Below, piece by piece: positions 50,405 through 63,560 of a DNA stretch of 64,000 nt. The notes under the pieces were generated by a model that made no database searches, was not told the origin of the DNA, and saw only the letters and a list, made by a program, of their open reading frames with translations. The DNA is taken from assembly GCF_016433145.1 (NCBI RefSeq), contig NC_058132.1, forward strand, positions 140,995,284 to 141,059,283, given 5' to 3'. The DNA is from Gracilinanus agilis (Eukaryota). Made by a program: the position numbers and the translations under genes. The stretch's first letter is position 1. Each line of letters opens with the position of its first letter.

Positions 50405-51719
50405 CCTTTCTATGGTGGTATTTTGCACTGGTATTTTATAGGGATTTTTTTCCAGCTTAGCATTTTTTACTCCTAAAAAAACACATACACACACTTTCAT
50501 ATAGATATGTGTATTATGTAAATATTTATATAGTTTAATAGCTCAGTGAGATATTGTATTTCATTATCATATTATATCATAGATTTAAAGATACTAGATA
50601 ACCAGTGAAGTCCAGCCCCCTCATTTTATAGTTAAGGAAACTGAAACCCAACAAGATGAAGTGACTTCACCAAGATCATACAGGTGATATGGAAGAGCCA
50701 AGATTTGTCATTCTTTTGAATATGCAGTATTGTAGGTATTAGTATTCTCATTACATAAATGACAGAAAAATCATGATTGCTTTAAGATTTCAGAGTGGGT
50801 GGCAGACCTGGAAACTTAGACTTTTTGATACTGGGAAAAAAGAAAGGAAGAATCTCAACTATCTTTTATATACCAGGTATTGGGGCTAAGTGCTTTACAG
50901 ATACCTCATTTGATCCTTGCAACAATCCTGGGAGGTATGTGTATTTTTATCCTCATTTTTTATAGTTGAGAAATTGAGGCGATCAGATTAAGTGACTTGT
51001 CAAAGATCTTATAGGATTTGAACTCAGTTCTTACAGACTCTAGGACCAGCCCTTTATCTCCTAAGCTATATTGTGTTGTATGTGTTTAGAAGATTTTTTC
51101 ATTTTAGTTATCCCAGAATAATTGATTCATTTTAGTGGGAAGCTGAACTTTAAAAAAACAAAACAAAACAAAAACTCAAAACACTAATTTATTAAATTAC
51201 AAGTTAATGAAAACTTGGGGGCTGGCTGTCTAATGAAGATTCTTGCATCCAAACTATAATTATCAGACATTTAGTGACTGCTGTACGTGACACTTGACAA
51301 ATTGCTATTTCCCCTTAAGCTTTTGCTTCTAATATGTTATAATTCTAGGCAATTAACACTTTTTTCCTGTTAATAAACTTTGAATTCTTGAACATTTGAT
51401 TTAGGGGTTGCTGGATAAATAAGCAACATTCAGTCATTTCAGACTTCGTTTTTCAGGATTTAAATAACAGTTTGATTGTTGTACTGAGTTGTAAAATTGT
51501 TCTACTTATACTTTTAAATTGTGTAAATGTATTATTCTTTTTACTATTTAATGTCATTTGGATAAAAATAGCATATTAAATGAGGGGAGAGCATTCTAGT
51601 CATGGGGACAGCTTGTACAAATTGTACTCATGAAAACTTATGAGATCACCAATCAAAAAGCATTTATTAATCAAGCTCCTACTATGTGTCAGGCACTATG
51701 TGATATACTGGACATGCTC

Positions 51720-52736
51720 AGATTTGTTTGTGGTCTCATTAGTTTTGAGTTCCTTCCATATAGATAGCAGCCTATCCATTCCTGCCCACTCAGTTGTTCT
51801 TCCAAAAGTTCTCTGCAGGGAGTCCAATGTGTTAAAGGCCTTCCTTTATTTCAATATTGTAAGGATGCCAGTGGAGCAGTTTGGTTGTTCATTTATCATC
51901 TTTCTTGCCAAGTTACCAAACCATCTTCTCTTTCTGTCATAAAGTTTCTTGACATTCTTTACTCTTGTTCTTCAGAGTTCCTTTTAAAATTTTATATTGC
52001 AGCCTGCTTACACATACCATTTGCCTTATTATTGTCTTCTCTATGATGTTCATCTTTAGTTCTTTGGAGGCAGTGATGTTCTAATTCTCATTGTCATACA
52101 GCAACACCAGTAAAATATTTATATTTAAAGATGTTCTTTGCTTTCATGGGGAAACTCCGGGACAGTAAGGGTACTTTACAATTTTCCAAAAAGTGTTCCA
52201 ACCTGCTATCTCTTCCTTTTCAACCGTGGGTCCAGCTCATTGTCTATTTGTGGTTTCTGTCTCAGCTGTACATATTGTTGGTCAAGCTCTATAGAATGTC
52301 CTTCCAGATGCAATTTAAAGTCTGGGTAATAGATATTCTTCATCATTTGGTCTTTCCCATATGGATGGACAGACCAAACACCTTTGAGTGATTACAGATC
52401 TCTTCTAGGAGTCTCTGCAATGATTTGAGGCTTGATGCAGTCAACACAATGTCATCTACAAAAAGGAGCATTTGGAGGACCTCACCATCCACAGGGAATA
52501 CCCCTACAACCTGGATTCAGCGCTGGAGTTCTTTCATCACAATAATGAATACTTTTGGTGAGCATACATCTCCCTGTTTTATGCCTTACCTGATGTTTAT
52601 TATCAGAGGGTCATTGAACAGTTATTCCTCTTGTTAAATTCTCCAGGGAGCTTAGAATGATCTTCATAATAGGGAAGGGAGATACCTCTTATTAAAGAGC
52701 TGCAGGGTGGTGCTTTCTTCTACTGAATCAAGTCTT

Positions 52737-52804
<68 letters not shown>

Positions 52805-53350
52805 GGTAATCAACAAATAAGAAGCACCTGGGATCTTATAGCTCTACATCTTTCAATCACTTTTGAGATGGTAAAATGTGGTTCATTGTTGAGTATCATT
52901 TGTAAAAAAGCCTGTTCCCTAATAATACACTCATCAAGGTTGCTTTCAGTTAACATGTTGTATATATGCACACGTATAATTCAGTATTAGCAAGATTTGA
53001 GGGTCCCCCCCACCTTTGGTATCTTCCAAATCAGTAAATCTATCATACCCTATTTTGTCTTCTAAATTGTTGGTCTCCTCAATATATACTTGATTAACCT
53101 AGCTGTTGTTCCTGTCTTTTTGCTCTTTCATTGCCACTTCTACTTCTTTTAAAGAACCTGAAGATTGTGTTTTAAGATCCACATGTAGTAGTTCCACTAT
53201 CTTTGATGGAAAAAAAATAGTTTGTTTATAATCATTTTTACATATATTTTTCCCTTTTTTTTTCTGTTTGTAGTCATATTTTCATTTCCATCCTTGAAAG
53301 TCCTTGGGGGGATGACTTTGTTAAGATGGACATATTGTTAAGCTTTCTTT
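51720..53350 (-). mobile_element. RTE-clade LINE remnant with a decayed reverse transcriptase
   Basis: Minus strand of 52430-52625 reads LFNDPLIINIR*GIKQGDVCSPKVF...LQMLLFVDDIVL (RT motifs). An FVDY..DSV motif surrounds 52720-52820. Outer boundaries approximate. Confidence 0.8.
52737..52805. repeat. (TTG)n trinucleotide repeat, about 23 units
   Basis: Directly visible. Confidence 0.95.
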
Positions 53351-54224
53351 AGATTGGTTTTATTCTATGCTGTTTTTCTGCTTTATGAAATGTTCATACT
53401 AGCCTGTCATCTTTCTTTATAAGAATTTACAAACAAGTTTATATTCTCATCTGGTAATGCCTTTGCCAGCCATCTTTTTCTATTTAGCAAGTAAGTCAAC
53501 TATTTGCTAACTAGTGTTTTCTGGGTTCTTATGGACTCATTGTTAGAGCCATTAACTTAGTGGTTCAGCTTTTGGATGAAATTATTATTGTCAAGATTGA
53601 TGTCATTTCTGTTGTTCATTTTCCATTTTAAATTTTCAATCGCTTGTTTAAATTAAAAAAACATCAACACAATACCAAGGTTAAATCTTTGTAGATCTTA
53701 AACTTTTTCTCTTTATTATTCTTTCTTTGTTACAAATTCTGTTCTTAACTTTGGAAAATAGATGGTTTCATTTAGCCCAGACGTTCAAGTCTCGGATAAT
53801 TCCTGTGCTCATAATAAATATTTTCCTATCTGTTAAAATGTGAGTTTGATTCTTTGGTAATGTTGTTCAGTCCTCACCATGTCCAAAGCCACGTAATTCT
53901 TTTTTTAAAGCAAGTGTTCATTATATAGAAGCCTGAGGCTTCTGTACAATCATGTCTTTGGTCTCCATTTCTTTCTGTTGAATCATATCTTGCCTTTTCA
54001 ACTTTTCTCAGCTTTACATAAAAGGCTTCAAGTATTAAGTATTGGTGTGTATGTTGATTTGATTTGGAGGGCCAGATATTTAATAGATATTTAATAGAAT
54101 TTCTCTACTATTTTATACTAAGCAACTTTGGGTGGTGCATATGCTTTGATTCCCCCCCCCCCTTTTTTTTTTTTAAACCCTAACTTTCTGTCTTGGAGTC
54201 AGTGCTGTGTCAATACACAGCCAA

Positions 54225-55019
54225 TGCATGATTCTCCTTCATTAGGATTAATTAAGCCATAGGACTAATGAGGACCTTTTGGAGTAATTGGGATCTTAGC
54301 AGCTAAGGACAGGGTAAAGAATAGTGGGTAGGGATTCTTTAAAGCTAGACAATCTTGGGAAGGTTGCTGGTTGGAATTCAGGGTAGCTTGAGCCAGTTTG
54401 TTTTTCCAACTGCCAATGGTCTCCTAGAGGTTTTTTCCCTAGGAGGAGTGCTGGTGTTTCTGTTCCCTGGAACACTGAAAAAACCCAGTGGCAGGTGAAG
54501 GAGGAGAACAGGTTAGAGTTTCTGGAATAAGTTTGTGGGGGAAATCCATAGAAAAGAGAAAGAGAGATTCTGTGTGACTGCTGAGAGGGTCAAGCCACTT
54601 TGAGGCCTACTTAGGCCAAAAATCCTAGCTAAGTCTGAAAGGGCTGGCAGTGGGCAGAGAAAGTGAATAGTCAAATTGATTTAAAGCTGAAAGGGATCTA
54701 GGGAGACAGTAAACTTATTTATATAAATAACTGAGAGGATTAGTAATTAGCATAGTTTATTTAGTATAGAATCCAGGAATTAGTGGAGTTTAAGGAGAAT
54801 AAGGAAGCTTTGGGGAAACCCAAGCAGGAAGCAAGATTCCTGAGAATCAGATGGGAGTGGGAAAGCTTAGCTCCTTGTTAGATTTAGGGATTCTATTCTC
54901 AACTGTTATTACCTATTCTTACCTTTCCTTAATACTTAATAAATAGAGTTTTTGGTTTTACAAGCTGCCTCCAAGTATTGTTACTCTCAGCAAATTTTAC
55001 TAGGTCCAAACCTGTTACA
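54225..55019 (+). mobile_element. LTR-like element, sense to USP12, next to a SINE 3' fragment (54165-54210)
   Basis: AATAAA at 54938-54943 followed by about 75 bp ending ...GTTACA. Left boundary and TSD uncertain. Confidence 0.6.
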
Positions 55020-55370
55020 CAAGACCCAGGTCAACTGCTATTACAGCAATAACCACCAGAGCCATGAAGAAGATACAGAGCATCCTATTTTATGCCTTAT
55101 ATCTTCAGATTTTCAAACATTGCTCTCATGTCCTCCCTTCTTGAATCTCTTTAGTCAGGGCTAATCATCTCCATTTCCTTCAATTAAGTCTTACATGACA
55201 TGATCTAGGCATTCTCCAGTCATAAAATGTCATGCTATTAATGAACACTTTTATATGTGGATTGATCAGAAAATAGTAGGACTACTACTTCCACGTAATT
55301 TAAGATTGCATTAGCTTTCTTGGTACCTTATTCAGTTTTTTTATTTATTACACTTGAATTCCATTGGTCA

Positions 55371-55798
55371 TGATTTAGATTAAGGTAACCTGTAGCACAA
55401 AGTTCCAAGCACAGTCAATTTATTGGTAAGCCTAGCAGGTATTAATAAAAGGATTCTTTAGTGCTTCAATAAGGTAAAAGACCTCAAATCATTGCAGACA
55501 TCATTTGTACAGACTAAAGGAGAATCCAAACTAGATGCAGCTTTATAGATGAGGAAAGCAATATGATTCCTTACAAAGTCAGAAGCATCATAGATTGGGG
55601 GTGGTGGTGTCCAAGAGGCTTAGCAGCAAATCTTCCTTTCAATTTGTCCCTATGGAAAGCTTATTAGTGGAGGCCATCTTTGTCCCTATGGAAAGCTTAT
55701 TAGTGGAGGCCATCACTGATTATGTGACTGTTGCAGAGATAACAAACCAGACTGGCATCCTTCTAAGTCCTTTTAGGATAACAGATTACTTTGGTACA
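55371..55798 (-). mobile_element. LTR-like element with a perfect 36-bp tandem duplication
   Basis: Minus-strand TATAAA (55542-55547) and AATAAA (55419-55424). Duplicated unit at 55643-55678 and 55679-55714. Boundaries uncertain. Confidence 0.5.
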
Positions 55799-57594
55799 AG
55801 AATATAACAGTGATTAGTAGGAAAACTGTACTTCTGAATTTTATTAACTTGAAGAGGAAAACTGAACTTCTGAAATAAAATTAGCACAAACTTTGTGTTA
55901 TGAAACATGAATTGGGCAATATATAAAATGTTGGCAGTGATTTAGATTAGAATCAATTACGGAAATGGAGACAATATCACTTTGATTTTTTTCACACTAA
56001 AACTTAGATAATTCTTGTTACATGATTATTTTTCCCCATCATATTCTTGTGAAATTATTTCTCTGAACCTAGTTGTAGAACTTTGCATTTATTCCTATTA
56101 AATTGCAAAATTTCACATAATTAGAATCAACATAGTATTTCCAGCTTGTTGTTTGGATTCTTTGTCCCTCCTAGTTGTCTTATCTGCCAGTCTTTTAAAT
56201 ATGCTGCTTATTCAAGTTATTGACAAAATAAACCACATAAGAGATTGGGATAGATCTCTGGGATATGCCAGTAGAGATTTATTTTTAAATTATTACTTAA
56301 TTCTAATGAGTAAACCAGTTCTCAACCTATTATTCTTATATACCTCAAAATTATCTTTTTCCTGCAAGAATAGGATGAAGGACTTTGTCAGATGTAGTAC
56401 CAAAATAGAGACTTTTCTGGTATATCCCCAAAACCTATTTCCGCCTTCTTTTGGACTTGTCTAGGTAGGTAGCTAAGAGTCTTTATTTTGCAGATCTGGA
56501 AGCTGAAACTCTAAAAGTAAAATGATTTGTATAATAAATTGACTCAGATAGATGAGGTAGAATTTGAACCCTATTCCTATCTCTAAGTTTATTGTAATTT
56601 CTGTTATGCTGTGTTTTATATGCCATACTAACATGCCTTGGTTACATCAGTAATTTAGTTTCTAATAAAAAAAGTTACTTTTCAAAATAAAATTTTAATA
56701 GTATTTTATAAAAGGTATGACTTTCTTAGAACAAGTTGGTATGTAGTATTTGGTTTAATAGATAGCTGTATAGTTTTAGCTTGCTCTTTTGGCTAGATAA
56801 TCATAATTCACTGAGATGGAAGTTATCTTTAAAATGCTCTGATTTACTAAAATGTACCTGTGAAAACAGTTGATTCATATGCAAATGGATGTTCCTTACC
56901 TCAAATTTCTTGACAGATGAGTAGTATCCTGACACATTTAGTGAGCTTTGTTTTCTTGTCATCTTTAGATTTGTGAAATTTATAGTTCTATTTTTGTTCA
57001 TTTGTATGGTACTTTTATTCATTTATATAGTTTCAGTGAAAGAAATTCCTGCTTATATCACATTTCTGTTTTGTTTAGTAATTAAAAGACACAATTACAC
57101 TTCCATTGTAGAATTATGATAGTTAAGGGAAAATATGATTGATCCTTTATCAGGTTATAGGGAACATATGAATAGGTTGAATATGGACTCTTGGATAATT
57201 TAATAAGTTTTAGGTAAATTAATAGATGATAGATTTATAGTAAATTTTAAAAATTGCTTTATTAAGAACTTAAATTACATTTAACAGCAATTCATACAAA
57301 ATAAGACATGTTAACATAAAACATAGCATATTAAGGTAGAAACATAGAAAACAAGGAAAAATATGTTTTTTGTTCTCTGACCTCTTCTGGGTTTTTCAAT
57401 TCTGGCATGTCTGGTTTTTTTTTTTTTTTCTTTCTCTAATTATAGGAAGAATGAACCCATTTTTGGTTCTGCTAACCTTGCATTGTGTCATTTTGTCGAG
57501 ATCTTTCTATAGTTCTTTCTATGAATGAATGAATGAATCAACAGGCATTTGCTAAATGCCTACGGTGTGACAGTTATTATGGTAGGTTCTAGCC

Positions 57595-57807
57595 CAGTGA
57601 TGGTGGACCTTTTAGAGGGGTGGGTGATTGTGAGAAATGTCCTTAGAGTTGTGTGGAGATAGGGAGGGGAGCAACCTGGTTCTGCATCCCTCTAGCTTTC
57701 TAGTAATGAACTCTGGTGAACTTTGTGCTGAGGTGATGATGCACATGCCCACAGAGAGGGGTCTGAGTGCCTTTTCTGGCATGCGTGCCATTGGTTAGCC
57801 ACCACAG
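57595..57807 (-). mobile_element. Non-autonomous hAT MITE (213 bp), same family as 18085
   Basis: CAGTGATGGTGGACCT...TGGTTAGCCACCACAG termini, shared subterminal CTCTCTGTGGGCATG. Flanks TTCTAGCC / TCCTAGGG. Confidence 0.8.
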
Positions 57808-58264
57808 TCCTAGGGATACAGATTAGGCTCCACCTTCAAATTTATATTCTAATAAAGAGTTGTAAAACACATAGAGACAATACTGTCCAGGGAAGGGAGT
57901 TCTGAAATGATCAGCTGTATGGTGATCCATAAAACAATAGATCATCATGTCTTCTTTAGTAACGACAACCTCATTCATATCTGGATTACATAGTTTCACA
58001 GCTTTACAACTGCTAACCATCTCCTTACCAATTTCAATCAGACATTAGAATCTTCACTTTAGATGTTATCTCTTGTATTATATTATCTTCAAGGTGCTAA
58101 ACTTTAAAATTTTATTTTCTAATCACAACATCTAATTCTTCCTCCTTCAAACAATTCTTTGCTCTCATTATGACTTCTAATGTCCAATCCCTTTCTTATC
58201 TCTGAGTTCCTTCCTTCTCTAATTTCCCAATCCCCTTCCCAAAATTTAGATCTCTATCCAGCCT

Positions 58265-58559
58265 TGACCCTATAAAATTTAAATTAATATCCAATAACTC
58301 CAAGTATTATATTTTATAAAGTTTATTAATAATCACTTGAAGTAGAAGAAATAAAAGAACAAAATTAGAAAGCCTAAGTAAAAAACATGTGAGTAAAATT
58401 CTCTTGCCTGACTCTCATCCAAACTCCACAATTGCCTTTCAGGAACAGAGTGAGGGAGGAGCTACACAAAACTTATATCTTCCCTACCTTAGTACATTAG
58501 TGTAAATATGCAAATGGAATGCTGGGAAAGAGAGTCCTGGGGAGCAAATTCTAATTACA
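58265..58559 (-). mobile_element. LTR-like element
   Basis: Minus strand starts TGTAATTAG, with ATATAAG at about 58475 and AATAAA at 58322-58327. Left boundary unknown. Confidence 0.5.
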
Positions 58560-61500
58560 CTACCCCATGTTCTGTGATGTTCCAGAGTAAGACCATATTT
58601 TTATCATTATGCAGCTGACTGACAAATAGAAAATACAATATTTAACTATTTTATTATTTGCTGACTAAAGGGAAAAGTGTATATTTTGGTAGAAAACAAA
58701 ACATCACCTTAAGAGCTGACTTCTAGTATGTATTCATATGTACATCAAAAGTATACAAAATTCCTTGAACAATGTAACTTTATTTGACAAGTCTTGGATT
58801 AATATCAGGCAGGGCATAAACCAGGGAGACATGCTTGCTAGATGTATTTGCAACTATAATGCATTGGGTCTGTCACCAGTCTAAATGGAAGATAGGTTTC
58901 CTACAATTGGTGAGGCCCTATTTTAGTATGACTTTTACTTGCTTCTCCAAGCCCCAGAACATTGCAGAGCCTCTTGAGTGATGTTCATGTACAAATGAAT
59001 CCGTGATCTCATCATTTTGGATGTATTCTCCAGTGATTTGGCTACTCATCCATTCCTACCTATTTTTTTGTAACTTTTGTTACATATCATATATATTCAC
59101 CAGAAGTCCACCTAGTATGATGGGAGCCATTCTCATTATATAATTTTTTCCATGTTGGTAGAGCACATAAGCTATCTTCATCCTTATTCAACAAACATCC
59201 TAATTTATCTTCACTTATCAAATGTTCTCTAGGTTATATCATTTACTCTTGTTCTTTGAAGTTCTTCATTGGTTATGTGTTTAAGCTTCCTCATAGCCTT
59301 TCTATAACTTTCTGTTGCTTTGCATGATACTTATTTTCAAATCTTTGGACATAGAATTCTGTGTATCATTGGCATAAAAACACCAATATGAGATTGATAT
59401 TAAAAAAAAATAATTTGGTTGTCTTGAACCAAATAACACATAGCCTTTTAGAAGAAATTGATAACCATTCAAAGAAAAAGAAAAAAGGTACACAAGTATT
59501 TATATTAGGGGAAAAGAGCTATAAACCACTGGAACAGAGCAGAGAGGAGCTATCAGTTAGGGAATGGCTAAACTAATTGTAAAGTATTCATGTAATGATG
59601 TCATTTTATTGTATGACATAACAGAACATAATTTAGAAAAACTTGGGAAGACTTGTGTGAATTAAAGCAAAATGAAGTGAGCAGAAGCAGGAAGAGTGAT
59701 TTGTATAGTAAAATAACTTTGAAAGATTTGAAATCTGTTTGGTGCAGTAAATAGCCATTCTTTTATAAAAGACTGATAATGATACTTATCTTTTGACAAA
59801 TTAGTGATGGATTCAACATATAGAATAAGATAATCATTTTGGGACATGATCAGTGTGGGAATTTGTTTTACTTGACTATACATATTTGTTACAAGAGCTT
59901 TTTCTTTTTTCTTTTCTTTGTAGTGTGGAAGGGAGGGGGAAGTTGGAGATAGAGTAAAAAACAAAGCAAAACAAAATAGCATCATTGGAAGGCTAGAAAG
60001 ATCACAGATAAACAGGGCATGTTCAAAAGCTACATATTTAAATATGTAATTAAAAAACAAGCTATACATAATAGAGGTTTATAATTTCATGTATTTTATA
60101 TCATATATATATACATATTCATAAAGCCCATTTTATTTAGTATTAGTTACTCTGACTAAAAATATACTACAACAAAACACAATAAAAAAAGCAAATGAAC
60201 CTAGAATGGAGTAGGTATAGGAAGAGCAGTCTGAATTATCTTTCAAGAAATTGCAGAATTCCTATAAAAATTTTAGGTATTTCCCAGAAACATCAATCCG
60301 TTATTTCTATTCTACTAATGTTCCACATGAGATTTAAAATTGGTCACCTGGACTATTGCAATAGTCTAAAGATTGGATTTTTCTGTTTCAAACCTGTCCC
60401 CTCCCTATTCCACCCTCCATATAGCTACCTAAATGATTTTCCTAAAGCACTGATCTTACCATGCCATTTCCCTATTTATTAAACTTCAGTGGTTTCCTCT
60501 TTTGTTTGGTATTTGAAATCTTTTATAACCTGAATGCAACTGGTTTTTCTAGACATTACATGTTACTTCCGTCATTCAAGTCTAACCAACATACTAGCTT
60601 TCTTGCTACTTAAAACACTTAAATTCTTGCTTTCTTAAAGCATTTTTTATTTCCCATCTTCATGCTTGGAATATCCATTCCCTCATTGTCTGTTTCTATA
60701 AATACTTTGTTATTGGAAATTTGGAGGTCCTTTTAACTACATTAACAACATGAGCCCAATGGCTTCCTGTCTTACATGATGTTGTAGACAGTTATGTAAT
60801 GAGGTAGACAGGAGGATAAAAATTGAGTGGTTGGACTTGCACTTCCTCTTTGCTATCTATCCACCATGGAGGCAGCAGGCCCTTAAGGCGTTTGATCTTT
60901 TAAACTGACTTAGCTAGCTTGGCACATGGCTTCATTTTCTAGTGGCTACTAATAAATCTATAAAAACCATAATATTTTTAAACTATCTTTTTATATTCAT
61001 TTTATTTCTTACAATACCTAGTTTGTTTCAAAGCTTATCTCCATGACCCTTTTTACTACTGCCCCTAAACCACCAATTCCTGCCCCAACTCCATTGAAAA
61101 ATTACTTTATATTTCTTATATCTTTATATATATTTATCTTTCAGTAGACTGTAAGCTTTTTGAGAGCAGGGGCTGTTTATGATTTTGTATCCCTAGGAGC
61201 TTGCATCATTTTAGATGAGGAAATTAAAAGTATTTTGAATAATTTGCCCAAAGGCAGGCAGTTTAATTATGTATTTTTGATGAATTGAAACATCTCTTTT
61301 GTTTCCTTGATCTTTTTATGCAAAATTATCTAATTTTTTGAATTCTTTAGGTCTTTTTCCCCCCTAAGTAGCCCAAAAAACTTTGAGGACAGAAACCATC
61401 CATAATTTTGTTGTATCTCCTTCAGTATTTAATAGCTTTGAACATAGATCACAAGATTTGGAATTAGAAGTGTAATGGTAAAAGGATAGAGATAGGATAA

Positions 61501-63299
61501 GATTTAAGAGAAGTGGAAGGCTGTCTTTAAGGTACATACTAGGAACTGGGTATTCAGGGGGAATTCCTGAGTGGATCTACCACTATCCACATCTATGGGT
61601 CTCTCCCTATATATCTTTCTTTTTTTAGAAGGGACCTTAGAGATCAAATAGTCCAGTTCCAATTACCTCGTTTTAAAAGTTTAAAGATCTGAGAACTCAG
61701 AGAGAGGTTTAGTTGCCCAAAGGACATATAGTTACCAAAAAGTAGGGCCAGGATTTAAACCCAAGTCTTTTGATTCCAAATCTAGTGGTCAGCTGGACCA
61801 CACTGTCTCTTATATGTCATATGAAATCATTCTGTTTAATTGGTCTTATTATATTATAGTACATGCTTCACGCTTCATATCCCATCCAGCAGTCCATCAT
61901 GATGAAAGCAGGGACATCTTGCCATCTACCCTGTTTATGCATTCTTCTTCCTACTTGATGCAGTAAATGTCTATAACTAATATCTAGACACAATATCACC
62001 TTTCTTCCTGAGGAGATCAGTACTCTTAGTTTTAGAATTGAGCTGTGTTGCTGAACTGTGCTAATTGTTAAGCAGTATTGCTTAATTGAAGAGTATAAAC
62101 TTCAATTCCTCTTTTGGGTAGCTGACCCTAAAAAATATTTCATATCTTCTCCAGACATCCTTTGTAAACTTGTACTAATTTAGATCTGCTTTGTCTCTCT
62201 TGGATATCTTATCGAATTCTTTATCTTTGTGACCCATTCCTTTCCCTCCTTTTACTCATTGATCTCTAAATAGTAAGTCAATACTACCATTACTGCTGCC
62301 TCAGGGTTCATGATATTTGATCATTCTATGTATACTCATAATCTGACTTTCTGGACCTCTACTCCCCTATGTTTTATGTCTCCTTATTAGAATATAAGCT
62401 CCTAGAGAGTGAGAAAATCTCATTTTTGTATATGAAATAGCAACACTGTATACATTGCCTGACACCATAGATATTTAGGAAAAATTTTTTTTAATAATTC
62501 ATTTATTCATCTTGGCATTGCCCAAGTGAGTGTCTTCTGGATTTCTCACATGTTCTTGTTGAATAGGGGAAAAATTTTCCCCAAGTGTCTTATATTCTTG
62601 AATTGACTATGAACCAATGTTATTGGGACTTCTTAATTGTTTTACTAGTCAGGTCAATTTATTTGCTCTTCTGCTTGTTTGTTTGTTTGTTTGTTTTTTT
62701 AACCCACCAACTGGTCTTACTGATTACTGGTTTTGCATTCAAGTTTGAGGAACTGAAGTGCTTTTCATCTTTTGCTCTATTATAGACCCCTCTCATTATT
62801 TCCCTTAAGATTCTAGGCTATTTGTTCTTGCAAATAGATAGTATCATTTTGTTTAGCTCAGGTTATAGGTTATACTTGAATCTGTGATTTGACTCTTCAT
62901 AGGGAGCTTCCAGGTAAGGAAATTTCCTCTGTCAATACAGGTCTTCACTTTCTCTACAACTTGGACATAGAGAGTGGCTTATAGAGCAATGAGAAGTTCA
63001 GAGACTTGCTCAGGGTCATGTAGATAGTAGATCAGAGATGAGTCTTGAACCCAGGGTTTCTGGAATTGTTATTGTGCCACCACTGATATATCAGTCTATA
63101 AGTTAATTTGGGTATCATTATTATTCATTAGGTTCAACCATGGACAGTAAATATCTAATAATTTGTCTATATTTCAATAGTGTTTTATAATTTTATTGAT
63201 AGCATTCTTGAGTGCCTTGTTAGATTGATTATTGTGTATTTTGTAGTTATTTGGAATGGGATTTCTTTCTGTTCTTTCCTCCTGTTCCCTCCATGCCCC

Positions 63300-63359
63300 C
63301 TTCTGTCTTAGAATCAATACTGTATTGGTTCCAGGTCCGAAGAGTGGTAAGGGCTAGGC
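63300..63359 (-). mobile_element. 3' fragment of a SINE1-type SINE
   Basis: TTAGAATCAATACTGTATTGGTTCC...GAAGAGTGGTAAGGGCTAGGC. Confidence 0.8.
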
Positions 63360-63560
63360 CCATGATGGTGAACCTATGGCATGCTTACTAGAGATGGCAC
63401 GCAGAGACCTCTCTGTGGGCATGCATGCCAAGGACCCAATGCCCCAAGGACCCAGTGTTCCGGTTCCTGCAGCAAAGAGTGTGCTCTGGCACACTAACTC
63501 GAAAGCACAGCTGGGCTACTGTCCTTCCCCTCTCTCCAGGAGGAGTTCCTTAGTAGGTCT
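63360..63560 (+). mobile_element. hAT MITE left arm, right end not found
   Basis: CCATGATGGTGAACCTATGGCATGC...GGCACGCAGAGACCTCTCTGTGGGCATGC matches the 18085 element. Confidence 0.75.

Noticed and set aside
57823-58020. 65-aa minus-strand ORF (MVSSCKAVKLC...)
   Set aside because: No recognisable homology, and the length is within chance expectation. A BLAST search would settle it.
14760-58516. Four ATGCAAAT octamer motifs
   Set aside because: About 2 per strand are expected by chance at this AT content, and they are not clustered.
62890-62919. Strong donor CAG|GTAAGG with a possible 11-nt microexon
   Set aside because: Lies in decayed antisense L1-like sequence with a weak acceptor, and does not encode USP12 exon 2.
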